Below, piece by piece: positions 1-11,400 of a stretch of DNA of 64,000 bases. The number at the start of each line of letters is the position of its first letter. Within the stretch, counting starts at the first letter, position 1. Source of the stretch: Ranitomeya imitator (lineage: Eukaryota); contig NC_091288.1 of assembly GCF_032444005.1 (NCBI RefSeq), positions 207,700,001 through 207,764,000 on the forward strand, written 5' to 3'. A program made the translations under genes and the position numbers. Under the pieces are notes generated by a model. It was not told the DNA's origin. It did not search any database and was given only the letters and a program-made list of their open reading frames with translations.

Positions 1-1136
1 CATCCTCGGTATGGCATCCGTACTGCGAGATTTTCTCGCAGGCTTGCAAAACCGACATACGGACATAAAATGGATCCATGGGCTCAAATAATCGTAAACA
101 TATACACTGTGTATATATATATAGTTATAGTCAGTGAGACATATGTGTATATATATTAATATTTCATACAGCACTAGATAGAAAAGCCGGTAATTGAATT
201 GCCAGCTTTTGCGATCTCCTCAAACCCGACATGATTACATACAGTAAACCATCTCATATCCATTTTTTTTTTTGCATATTCCACACTACTAATGTTAGTA
301 GTGTGTATATGCAAAATTTGGCCGTTCTAGCTATTAAATTGAAGGGTTACATCGCAGAAAAAATTGGTGTGGGCTCCCGCACAATTTTCTCCGCCAGAAT
401 GGTAAAGCTAGTGACTGAGGGAAGATAATAGCCTGGAGAGGGTCCACTGTTATTGCCCCCCCCGGCTAAAAACCATCTGCCCCCAGCCACCCCAGAAAAG
501 GCACATCTGGAAGATGCCCCTATTCTGGCACTTGGCCACTCTCTTCCCATTCCTGCGTTGCGATGGCACCCTCTCCAGGCTATTAATATCTGCCCTCAGT
601 CACTGGCTTTACCACTCTGGCGGAGAAAATTGCGCGGGAGCCCACGCCAATTTTTTTTCCGCGATTTAACCCTTTAATAGCTAAAGCACCCACATTTTGC
701 ATATACACACTACTAACATTAGTAGTGTGGAATATGCAAAAAAAAAAAAAGGGGGATATGAGATGGTTTACTGTATGTAAACCATGCCTCAGTTATTTTA
801 GCTATTGTAACCTGTCAGTGTGATTTTACTGTACACCGCACTGAATTGCCGGCTTTTCTCTCTAACAGCGCTGCGTATTTCTCGCAAGTCACACTGTTGG
901 TCCGTGTGTAATTTGTATTTTTCTCGCCCCCATAGACTTTCATTGGCGTATTTTTTGCGCAATACGGTGACAAACGCAGCATGCTGCGATTTTCTACGGC
1001 CATAGAAGACCGTATAATACGGATCAGTAAAATACGGCAGATAGGACCTGGGCCATAGAGAATCATTGTACCGTGTGCAATCCGTATTTTCTGCACCTCT
1101 CATACATCCGTAAAACTCGCTAGTGTGAGATCGGCC
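1..1136. mobile_element. Palindromic non-autonomous DNA element (MITE, probably PIF/Harbinger-type); left end outside the window
   Basis: Internal inverted arms about 230-335 versus about 675-785 (cagtaaaccatctcatatcc...gcatattccacactactaatgttagtagtgtg and its reverse complement). Right terminus gtgtgagatcggcc followed by TAA. Confidence 0.6.
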
Positions 1137-1314
1137 TAAGACTCTCAGCAATCAATAAGTTATCACCGGAGAGCCCCTATAAATCTGCAATTACCAATAT
1201 GATTAGTATTAATTAATATGATGTAGTAATATGGTGCACGGTGACCTCAGAGAAGTATATAATCTCTTACCTACATACAGCAGCCGCAGACACCACAACA
1301 CTGATCTCCAGATC

Positions 1315-1320
1315 TTTATT
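1315..1320 (-). terminator. Probable NDUFB10 polyadenylation signal (AATAAA)
   Basis: tttatt on the + strand about 75 nt past the stop codon. Confidence 0.5.
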
Positions 1321-1393
1321 TTACGCTTTAGTTTTATTTCTTTCATTTTGGAACATATGAGAGACAAGTAACACAAAATGTACAGGAGATAAT

Positions 1394-1503
1394 TTATTCC
1401 AGGTTGGCATTTTCCTGTGCAGCCGCCTTCCTCTCCTCCATCATCCTCTGTCGCTGCTTCATGAGACATTTCCTGGCCCCCGAGAAATATCCCAGGTCCT
1501 CAT
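1394..1503 (-). CDS. NDUFB10: NDUFB10 exon 4 (with TAA stop)
   Basis: ttttcgcag acceptor; (Y)EDLGYFSGARKCLMKQRQRMMEERKAAAQENANLE*. Confidence 0.95.
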
Positions 1504-3958
1504 CTGCGAAAAAAAGGGTTCACCTATTAAGGCAGAGATACCGGAAGCAGGAGACGACCGCCGGCGAGGTCACTGGTGGTCTAGAGGCGAGAAGGAATTC
1601 AAAGTGAGGTCCCTGGTGATCTAGGGTTGAGAAGGGATTAATGGTGATGTCACTGGTGGTCTAGGGCAGGGGTCCCCAACTCCAGTCCTGAAGGCCCACC
1701 AACATGTCATGTTTTCAGGATTTCCTTAGTCTTGCCCAGGTAATAATTGCATCACCTGTGCAATGCAAAGGAAATCCTGAAAACATGACCTGTTGGTGGG
1801 CCTTGAGGACTGGAGTTGGGGACCTCTGGTCTAGGGGAGAGAATGGATTGATGGTGAGGTCACTGGTGGTCTAGGGGCGAGAAGGGTTTCAAAGCGAGGT
1901 CCCTGGTGATCTAGGGTTGAGAAGGGATTAATGGTGAGGTCTCTGGGAGAGATAAGGGATTTATATTGATATCTCTGGTGGTCTAGGGGAGAGAAAGGAT
2001 TCATATGGATATCTCTGGTGGTCTAGGGGAGAGAAGGGATTCATGGTGAGGTCCCTGGTGATCTAGGGGAGAGAAGGGATTCATATGGATATCTCTGGTG
2101 GTCTAGGGGGAGAGAAGGGATTGATGGTGAGGTCACTGGTGGTCTAGGGGAGAAAGATTAATAGTGAGGTCTCTGGGGGGGGGGGGAGAAAGGATTCATA
2201 TTGCTGGTGGTCTAGGGTGAGAGAAAGGATTGATGGTGAGGTCGATGTTGGTCTAGGGTAGAGAAAGGATTCATGGTGAGGTCCCTGGTGGTCTAGAGGT
2301 GAGAAGGGATTAATGGTGAGATATCTGGTGGTCTAGGGGGAACAGATTAATGATGTAGTTGCTGGAGGTCTAGGGGAGAGGATGGTTTCATGGTAAAGGG
2401 AGAGACACAGAGCCGGGTGACGGAGACTCCTTACATCTGGATTTATATGCCTTGCAGACTTCGGCGTACTGTTTGAGCAGCGGTCCACAGTTCTGGTCAG
2501 CGCTGTCCCCTTCTCTTGTTCTGCACGCCTGCACACGGCTGCGGATAATCTTCACGATCTCCTGATCTACAAGGCTGGAAGACAGAAAAGGGAGGAAAGT
2601 CACTACTGGTCAATGACAGCAGAGAGGACACATGGCTCCCCTAAAGGGGAATGCCGTTCTCCTAGAGGGTCCCAAGGAGGATGGGCACCTATCTGCCCCT
2701 CTCTGGACCAGTGGGAGCACCCAGCACTCACAAGTCCCTCTGCCACTGCATGTCGGCCTCGAAGTGGCACACGTAGTCCTCCTCCAAGCAGTGGGTAATA
2801 TCGGGGATGCGTCTGAACTCGCGGTGGTAGTAGTGAAGCCTCGTCTTCGCTCGCTGACGTTCCATCCAATCTGGAAGAGACGATCCGGGGACATTATTGT
2901 TGTGTTTGCACATAAAATGTTAGAACAACGAGTGACATTCCCTGGTCATAAATGCTGGCGGAAATTTTTTTTTTTTTTCATTTTAGCAACGATGTCAAAA
3001 CTTAGAAGACCTAAGAAGGCTGGTGTACTTACTTTGAAAAATCATTTATCAGTATGGCTCTGTATAATCCTTAGTGAAAATGTAGCTGCCTATTAGCGTT
3101 ATCACAATATGGAGCGGGATCTAGATTTTATACACGCATATATTATACACATTTTCCCAAAAAATATTGAGACATTTCCTTTTTTTACATATTGCTGCTT
3201 ACTTTTGGGCAAAATGTTTAAACATAAAATATACAGATGTGATTTTTATTGCATAGGAGAGAAGACAACTATATATTTTATGTTTAAACCTTTTGCTCAA
3301 AAATACGCGATGTTAAAAAATACCTTATTTCTTATTGCCACATAACTAATAAAATATAAAAATATTTATCCCATGAGGTAAACGCCAAAATGAGAAAAAA
3401 AAAATAAAAATTTGAAACCTCCAATGTTATCGTCTTTTCAGTCACCGCAATTTCCCAAAATACGCACTAAAAAGCGATCAAACCCTGTAAAGACCCCAGA
3501 AAGAGATCAATGAAAACTTCCGATAAAGTCAATTTACAGAAAAAATGATCAGAAAAAGGTAAAACAAACCAATAAAAACAAACCGAACAAATTCTGTGGC
3601 AGAATCTCAGCCGCATTTGGTATTTTTTTCAGCGCATTTTATGGTAAAGTGAATGGGGGTTGATCGAATCTACAACTCGCGCTTTTTGGAGAAACCTGGG
3701 ATTAGGCACAATCATTACTTGGACGTCCAGGTTAGGCTTGTGGTACTACAAGTCCCAGCACTGCTATTGTCCGCTGTCCTCGCTGTTATCAGCCAGCGTC
3801 CCCTGCTCACCATGGAAGGCGGTCACCGGCTTGTCTATGGCGAAGTTGAACAGGCTGACCACTAGGGGCACCGGGTCGGGGATGGTGGACAGCCGGTTCG
3901 GTGCCGGGGTTTGGCGCGGAGGCTCCGGGTACACATCTCTATCCACGGATTCCGGCAT
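1394..3958 (-). CDS. NDUFB10: NADH:ubiquinone oxidoreductase subunit B10, complete, 178 aa; exons 3958-3811, 2870-2732, 2574-2435, 1503-1394
   Basis: Spliced translation MPESVDRDVYPEPPRQTP...YYHREFRRIPDITHC...VDQEIVKII...YEDLGYFSGARKCLMKQRQRM matches NDUFB10. All introns are GT-AG; 148+139+140+110=537 nt. Confidence 0.97.
1563..2390. repeat. Degenerate about 40-bp minisatellite in NDUFB10 intron 3
   Basis: Repeated ggtgaggtc(a/c)ctggtggtctaggggagagaagggatt(a/c)at units. Confidence 0.85.
1667..1828. mobile_element. hAT-type MITE, 162 bp
   Basis: TIRs CAGGGGTCCCCAACTCCAGTCCT / AGGACTGGAGTTGGGGACCTCTG; exact 8-bp TSD gtctaggg at 1659-1666 and 1829-1836. Confidence 0.9.
2435..2574 (-). CDS. NDUFB10: NDUFB10 exon 3
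   Basis: cttccag acceptor, GTAAG donor; LVDQEIVKIIRSRVQACRTREG...KAYKSR. Confidence 0.95.
2732..2870 (-). CDS. NDUFB10: NDUFB10 exon 2
   Basis: cttccag acceptor, GTGAG donor; WMERQRAKTRLHYYHREFRRIPDITHC...QWQRD. Confidence 0.95.
3811..3958 (-). CDS. NDUFB10: NDUFB10 exon 1 (coding part)
   Basis: ATG at 3958, GTGAG donor, CpG-rich context. Confidence 0.95.
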
Positions 3959-4260
3959 TTCTCAGGTCACCCCGACCCCTATGACAGGGAATATGGCGGC
4001 CGCAGGACCCCAGCACCGCCACCCCTGCAATCATTCACACACATTGTGGCATCAAATTTATTGAGGTTTCTTTCCTAACACCTAACGAGGCGATTCTCCC
4101 GCACGGGACCTTCCCACATCACCTCATATCTACACAAATGAGGTGACATTAAACTGTCAGGCGCCGAGGGCAGCTCACTTTAGGCACGTGATAACTCGTA
4201 GCCAATCACAGTTTGTCTTGCGTTTCACGCCTCGATTTCGCATTTATTAGCTCTGCTATG
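3959..4260 (-). promoter_or_regulatory. NDUFB10 5' UTR and promoter region
   Basis: CpG-rich sequence directly upstream of the ATG; CCAAT motif (agccaatc) near 4200. Confidence 0.5.
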
Positions 4261-5281
4261 GGTGTGTTATTCTTTTTGTGTGCAGGGGGCGCTCTAATGC
4301 TGCTGAATATAAATAAAACACAGCAGCCATTGGATTTATTTTATTTTTTTGATGAGCTTGTTGGGGCTAAAAATTGAATTGTATACCTACAATAGAAATG
4401 TATCAAAACTAGTGCACCTAGCGAGAAGGGTTACCCATAGCAACCAATCAGAATTCAGCTCTCGTTTCACAGCAGGCCTTTGGAAAATGAAAGCAGTAAG
4501 CTGATTGGTTAACTGTTGTCGTGTAGCACTTATTTTTACTAAAGCCGCCCCAAATTCACTCACCGGTTTCCCCGACCTGGTTATTTAGCTACAAAACATA
4601 CAGGGTCAGTGACATACAGGGGCCACTCATAAAGTATGCAGGAATTATTGTAGTTTACTGGGTGACTCTACTGGTTATGGAGATCCAGTGTCGTCACCCA
4701 GTGGTTGCAGCGCCTGTTGCTAGGCAACAATGTACCAGTGCAAAAGGGGCCACTTGTAAAATTCACACATAACAGATTTGAAGTGGAAAATATCCGTGCA
4801 TTTAGCTTTTGGCCTATTCTAATAATCCCAGGTTCAGACGGGTGTGTGTCACAATCTGTAAATGGACCGCGATACCCAGACTGACCACGTTCTGGCTGGG
4901 AGACTCATGCTCAGTGGCAGGATTGTGGTCCGTATACAGACCGTAAAATACCGTCTGACCCGGCCTGACTTATTGTTTAATATGAAAAGAACAATCCCAT
5001 ATCCCTGCCATGATGACGCTTTCTGGTCCCCCTGCCGGTCTTTGTTGTCCCTGCTCCAGTAATACCATGTTCACACAATCACTGAGGGCCTCCTAGGTCG
5101 TACCCCAGCGGCCACAAAGTTATGTCCTATCCCATGGATAGAGATTAACTTGTTTTTTGGGGGAAATAACCCTTTAAAAGGGGTTGTCTCCTTTCAGAAA
5201 AGTTTCCCTATAAGCTCACTTTGTAAGAAAAAAAAAAAATGCTTTACTCACCCTCCCCGGGTCCAGCTATGCATCATTGGT

Positions 5282-5480
5282 GAAAGGATAGAACTCGGTC
5301 AAAGGAGCGCTGAAAGGAAACTGACACCAAAATGGGGTTAAGCCACAACGCGTTTCAACGGAAGTACCTTCTTCATCAGACGCCCACCTGATCAACTTCC
5401 GCTGAAACGCGTTGTGGCTTAACCCCATTTTTGTGTCAGAGTTTCCTTTCAGCGCTCCTTTGACCGAGTTCTATCCTTTC
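5282..5480. repeat. About 83-bp inverted repeat with a hammerhead-like core, probable Penelope-like element remnant, inside a MITE-like sequence (about 5178-5885)
   Basis: 5282-5364 is the near-perfect reverse complement of 5396-5480; CTGATGA...GAAACGCGTT on the - strand. Confidence 0.6.
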
Positions 5481-8261
5481 TCCTGTTTTTGTCCTCCATT
5501 GGAGGTGTTCGGCTGGACTCTGCACCCTTCCCCCACTGGGGCTACCTTCCCAGTGCTCCTAAATAATCATCCTGCTACTGACTGTGCTTCAGCTATGCAT
5601 CATTGTCACTATTCCCACAGTTTGTTATTGTTTGTAGCGCTAATGTCATGTCGACAGCGCTGCAGCCAGTCAGTGAGCTCAGCAGTTCTAGAAGCCCCAT
5701 GCTATCTACATCGGCAGAACCGCTGCGCTCACTGATGTGAGTGCAGCGCTGTCAACGTGACATCAGCACTGCAGACAATGAAAGACGGCAGATGCAGGGT
5801 GGAGAATCACCGTTGGACCTGGGGAGTGGAGTAAGGAAAAAAAAATTTTTTTTAACAGATCTTATGGGAAACACTTTTCCGACAGGTAAAAGTAAAAAAC
5901 AGAAGCCTTGACAAGACTGTGAACACCAACTTCCCAATGAGCCTTTACTTATGCACGGCAACCAATGTGAATGAGAAAAGCTGCAGGGTAAAGCAAGGAT
6001 GATGAGCATAGCAGGAGGGGGATTTCACCCTCCAGTAAGCAATGCAGCTCAGTTTGAGTGGCTAATGGAGAAGGCGTAAAGAGAAGAAAATAAAATTCTC
6101 CATTGATCTTGCTGTGTGACTTGGACGGCAGCAGTAGCGACGACGGGGGCAAGATTCGTTTCCGTGCCTTCTGATATATCGGCCTAATTTACCGTCTACA
6201 CCACTGAGAACAGGACTTATTCAGGATGAGAAGAAAGCGTAGGTCCTCATTCATTCCTAAAGGAGCGGGCGATGAGATGCTAGCGAGCCCTCTCACAATG
6301 GCACGCTCTGTGCAGCAGTGCCACCTTTCTAGGTTAACGTTCCTCAGGGAATTCACTTCTTTGACAACTGTCCTCCCCTCATCGGACGCTCCTGATTAAT
6401 ATCAAGGGTTCTCCGCACCCCCCTCTTACACCCCGTGCCTCTGACATCAATATAGAAGACTATGAAGCCTGGAGCTAAATTTGTGCCTCCAACTTCTTAA
6501 GTATCACGGTTGGATCAGCACTTGGCACAGGCCCCTTTCCTCCAGCAGCTCGCTCCGGAGCAAGTCCTATGGTCTGTATCTGTATGTCTCTATCAAAGCT
6601 GGGCAATTTAATATTAACCTCCTCATAGCAGGGATCAGTGGGATTATTGCTGCCGGGAGGGACAATTATTTTGTGCCCATCCATTTTGACATGGGACCCA
6701 GTCTTTGCCACTATAAACAGATGTCTTATCTTCAAGGGCAAAGAACAAGTTTGGGGGTAAATTTACGATTACAGTCACCTTCTTCTAATTGACAAAAATT
6801 TGCCTTCTCTGGTATCCATTAATCAGAGTTTGAGGGGCCACCTAGTGAGTGACCCAACTGGGGGGAGAAACCATGTGCTTATCTAGATAGTCAAGGGACT
6901 GGGCTACATGTCTGTCTGTTTGGAAACGGAGGACACCATGGGAATAATTTGTATAATTTTGACTTTGCTTCTTTTTTAACTGAAAGGTATGGACACAGGA
7001 CAGATGTACAGAGGCCCAAAGGGTCAGTGGGTCCTCTTTGGCTATAACCATGAAAACATTGGTCCCTTATAGATTGCACCGTAACTCTGTAATTTGCAAG
7101 TATACTGTCCAGTTGGAAGGGACCCACATGTTGTGTTTTGGAGCAGGTGTCCCCTTCAGTTGTCTATGTTTGAACATGTCTGGACTTATGACTATAGGTG
7201 CATTATTACTGAGTCTCCAAATGTTGTGAAGGTCATCAACCTAGGAAATCCTATATTAAGTTGTCACTTTTACAAAGTTTTTGAAACTTTTTTGATTCTC
7301 AGTTTTTAGAAATTCTCTTTTTTTTGGGGGGTGAACTATTCGTGGCTCCAGTGAAGGTCCGGTGTATTGTCTCTGATACAGATTTCATAATTTTGGATGT
7401 GAAATTAGCCATGCGTGCCAAACTATTTTTCCCAGCAATATGTCAGCAGACCCCATTATAAGTCAGTAGGGTCTTTTTTTTAACGTGGGTGATGTTCATC
7501 GTGTATAATAGATCTGGCACTGACTGAGTTGTGGTGTCCATTTATGACGGAAGCCACTTTGCAAATGTGTACAAGAACCTAACGAAGGGTGGGGAGGATC
7601 GATTGGAAGGAAAAAAATGTTGGGAAAAGGAAAGAGAACGATAGTGGGTTAAAGAAAAAAGTGGGCAAAAGAGAGAAGAGAGACTTAGAAGAAAGAAAGA
7701 AGACTTTCAGAGCAAGGGAGAAAGAAGGAAAGGAAGGAAACTATAGGGTTATTAATGGGAAAAACTTATACAAAAAGATGCAAATTGCCAAAAAAACATT
7801 ATTTACAGTCATATGAGAATATCTCCAGGTGTTTACATGCTCCTACACAGTGTATGTGCAGTCAGTAGATATTAGATGATATATTTACAGACTGATGACT
7901 TCACGTCGAAAGACTGATCATGTTACCCCTCTACTCCTCTGTGTAGAAACTGCGAGTGATTATAAAGAGGCTCTTCCTCTGCTAAAACCAACCAAGCTTT
8001 CCCAATTCAATGGTGGTCACCATTTCTGGCAGAATAGGAATATGAGTACGTAAATTCAATGATAGCTCCAGCCAAAATATTCTCTATAATTTAGGATCAA
8101 AGCATCAAAAGATAGGAGCAACAGATTATTTTATTCTCACCCCAAATTACGCAGAAGATATTGATATCAGTAGCCTTCACAATCTGTTCCGAAATTATAT
8201 TTATTTGCATGAGTGATAAATGACCTAAGCTTTATTACATTTGTTTACATGTCGTTTTCAG

Positions 8262-8454
8262 TCTCATCGGAAGTTCTCAGCCCCCCGTCATGGACATCTT
8301 GGGTTTCTCCCCCATAAGCGCAGCAAACGCCATCGGGGTAAAGTGAAGACTTGGCCAAAAGATGATCCTAGCAAACCGGTTCACCTCACGGCCTTTCTTG
8401 GTTACAAGGCTGGAATGACCCACACTCTGCGAGAGGTCCACCGAACGGGACTCA
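8262..8454 (+). CDS. RPL3L: RPL3L exon 2
   Basis: [21 protein letters not shown]...HRTGL; ttttcag acceptor, GTATGT donor. Confidence 0.95.
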
Positions 8455-11400
8455 GTATGTGCAAAACAATATGCAAAATGCTATAAAATAATCCATCTAT
8501 TCTGAGCTTTGTTCCAAAATCAGGAAGAGGAGAGAAAGTTGAGAATATTCTTATCCAAAAAGTAGGACTGAGTATTTTACTAGAGGAGGGAAGAGCCTTA
8601 TCCAAAAAGTGCAATTGAGGCACAGACCATCCCATGCACTACAGAAAGAGGTAATATCTAGGGCAAGATGCAATTTTTGGGGTAGTTACTCCCCAGGATA
8701 AATTTACTATTACAGTCTCCTAAGTTATAAGAATTTCCCTTCTCTGATATCCATTAGGCGGGGCGTATGGGGCCACCCAGTGGGTGGGAGCCACTCCCTT
8801 TAAGGACCTGTAACAAGTATAGGTGTCATTGAGTCTCCACCAGCCGTTGTGAAGGACACTGACCTAGAATAGGGGAGTAGGAAAGAAACATCAAAAAAGT
8901 AGGACTGAGCTTTATCAAAAAGTAGGTAAGAGTCATATCCTTGAGTGGGACTGAACTTTGTCCTGTAGTGGAGACTTATCCATTAGTAGAGCGGAGCTTT
9001 ATAGTAAAGTAGAAAAGAATCATATCCAAAAGAAGGACTACTCATTATCCCAGAGTAGGGAAGACCCTTTATTACAGTAGGACTAGTAGAGAAGAGACAT
9101 CTTGAAGATAGTATTCTGCTACAGATGGATCTGGATAAGTTGGAAACTTGGGCTGAAAGGTGGCAGATGAGGTTTAACAATGATAAATGTAAGGTTATAC
9201 ACATGGGAAGAAGGAATCAATATCACCATTACACACTGAATGGGAAACCACTGGGTAAATCTGACAGGGAGAAGGACTTGGGGATCCTAGTTAATGATAA
9301 ACTTACCTGGAGCAGCCAGTGCCAGGCAGCAGCTGCCAAGGCAAACAGGATCATGGGGTGCATTAAAAGAGGTCTGGATACACATGATGAGAGCATTATA
9401 CTGCCTCTGTACAAATCCCTAGTTAGACCGCACATGGAGTACTGTGTCCAGTTTTGGGCACCGGTGCTCAGGAAGGATATAATGGAACTAGAGAGAGTAC
9501 AAAGGAGGGCAACAAAATTAATAAAGGGGATGGGAGAACTACAATACCCAGATAGATTAGTGAAATTAGGATAATTTAGTCTAGAAAAAAGACGACTGAG
9601 GGGCGATCTAATAACCATGTATAAGTATATAAGGGGACAATACAAATATCTCGCTGAGGATCTGTTTATACCAAGGAAGGTGACGGGCACAAGGGGGCAT
9701 TCTTTGCGTCTGGAGGAGAGAAGGTTTTTTCACCAACATAGAAGAGGATTCTTTACTGTTAGGGCAGTGAGAATCTGGAATTGCTTGCCTGAGGAGGTGG
9801 TGATGGCGAACTCAGTCGAGGGGTTCAAGAGAGGCCTGGATGTCTTCCTGGAGCAGAACAATATTGTATCATACAATTATTAGGTTCTGTAGAAGGACGT
9901 AGATCTGGGGATTTATTATGATGGAATATAGGCTGAACTGGATGGACAAATGTCTTTTTTCGGCCTTACTTACTAACTATGAATAGTAGGACTGAGCTTT
10001 ATGCTAAAGTAGGGAAGAACCGTATCCAATAGTGGGACAAGTAGAAACTATTCTTCTTTAGAAGGAGGACTGAACTACAGTTAGGTCCATATATATTTGG
10101 ACAGAGACAACATTTTTCTAATTTTGGTTATAGCCATTACCACAATGAATTTTAAACAAAACAATTCAGATGCAGTTGAAGTTCAGACTTTCAGCTTTCA
10201 TTTGAGGGTATCCACATTAAAATTGGATGAAGGGTTTAGGAATTTCAGCTCCTTAACATGTGCCACCCTGTTTTTAAAGGGACCAAAAGTAATTGGACAA
10301 TTGACTCCAAGGCTATTTCATGGACAGGTATGGGCAATCCCTTCGTTATGTCATTCTCAATTAAGCAGATAAAAGGCCTGGAGTTGATTTGAGGTGTGGT
10401 GCTGCATGTAGAAGGTTTTGCTGTGAAGTAAACATGCGGTAAAGGAGCTCTCCATGCAGGTGAAACAAGCCATCCTTAAGCTGCAAAAACAGAAAAAACC
10501 CATCCGAGAAATTGCTACAATATTAGGAGTGGCAAAATCTACAGTTTGGTGCATCCTGAGAAAGAAAGAAAGCACTGGTGAACTCATCAATGCAAAAAGA
10601 CCTGGGCACCCACGGAAGACAACAGTGATGGATGATCGCAGAATAATCTCCATGGTGAAGAGAAACCCCTTCACAACAGCCGACCAAGTGACCAACACTC
10701 TCCAGGAGGTCGGCGTATCAATATCCAAATCTACCATAAAGAGAAGACTGCATGAAAGTAACTACAGAGGGTTCACTGCACGGTGCAAGCCACTCATAAG
10801 CATCAAGAATACAAAGGCTAGACTGGACTTTGCTAAAAAGCATCTAAAAATGCCAGCACAGTTCTGGAAGAACATTCTTTAGACAGATGAAGCCAAGATC
10901 AACCTCTACCAGAATGATGGAAAGAGAAAAGTATGGCGAAGGCGTGGTACAGCTCATGATCCAAAGCATACCACATCATCTGTAAAACACGGCGGAGGCA
11001 GTGTGATGGCGCGGGCATGCATGGCTGCCAGTGGCACTGGGTCACTAGTGTTTATTGATGATGTGACTCAGGACAGAAGCAGTCAATGAATTCTGAGGTC
11101 TTCAGAGCCGCCATACTGTGTGCTCAGATCCAGCCAAATGCAGCCAAACTGATTGGTCATCGTTTCATACTACAGATGGACAATGACCCAAAACATAAAG
11201 CCAAAGCAACCCAGGAGTTTATTAAAGCAAAGAAGTGGAATATTCTTGAATGGCCAAGTCAGTCACCTGATCTCAACCCAATTGAGCAGCATTTCACTTG
11301 TTAAAGACTAAACTTCAGACAGAAAGGCCACAAACAAACAGCAACTGAAAACCACCGCAGTGAAGGCCTGGCAGAGCATCAATAAGGAGGAAACACAGCG

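Noticed and set aside
7892-7920. CTGATGACTTCACGTCGAAAG as a hammerhead ribozyme
   Set aside because: Stem II would have to use core bases, GAAAC is absent, and there is no stem I or cleavage site.
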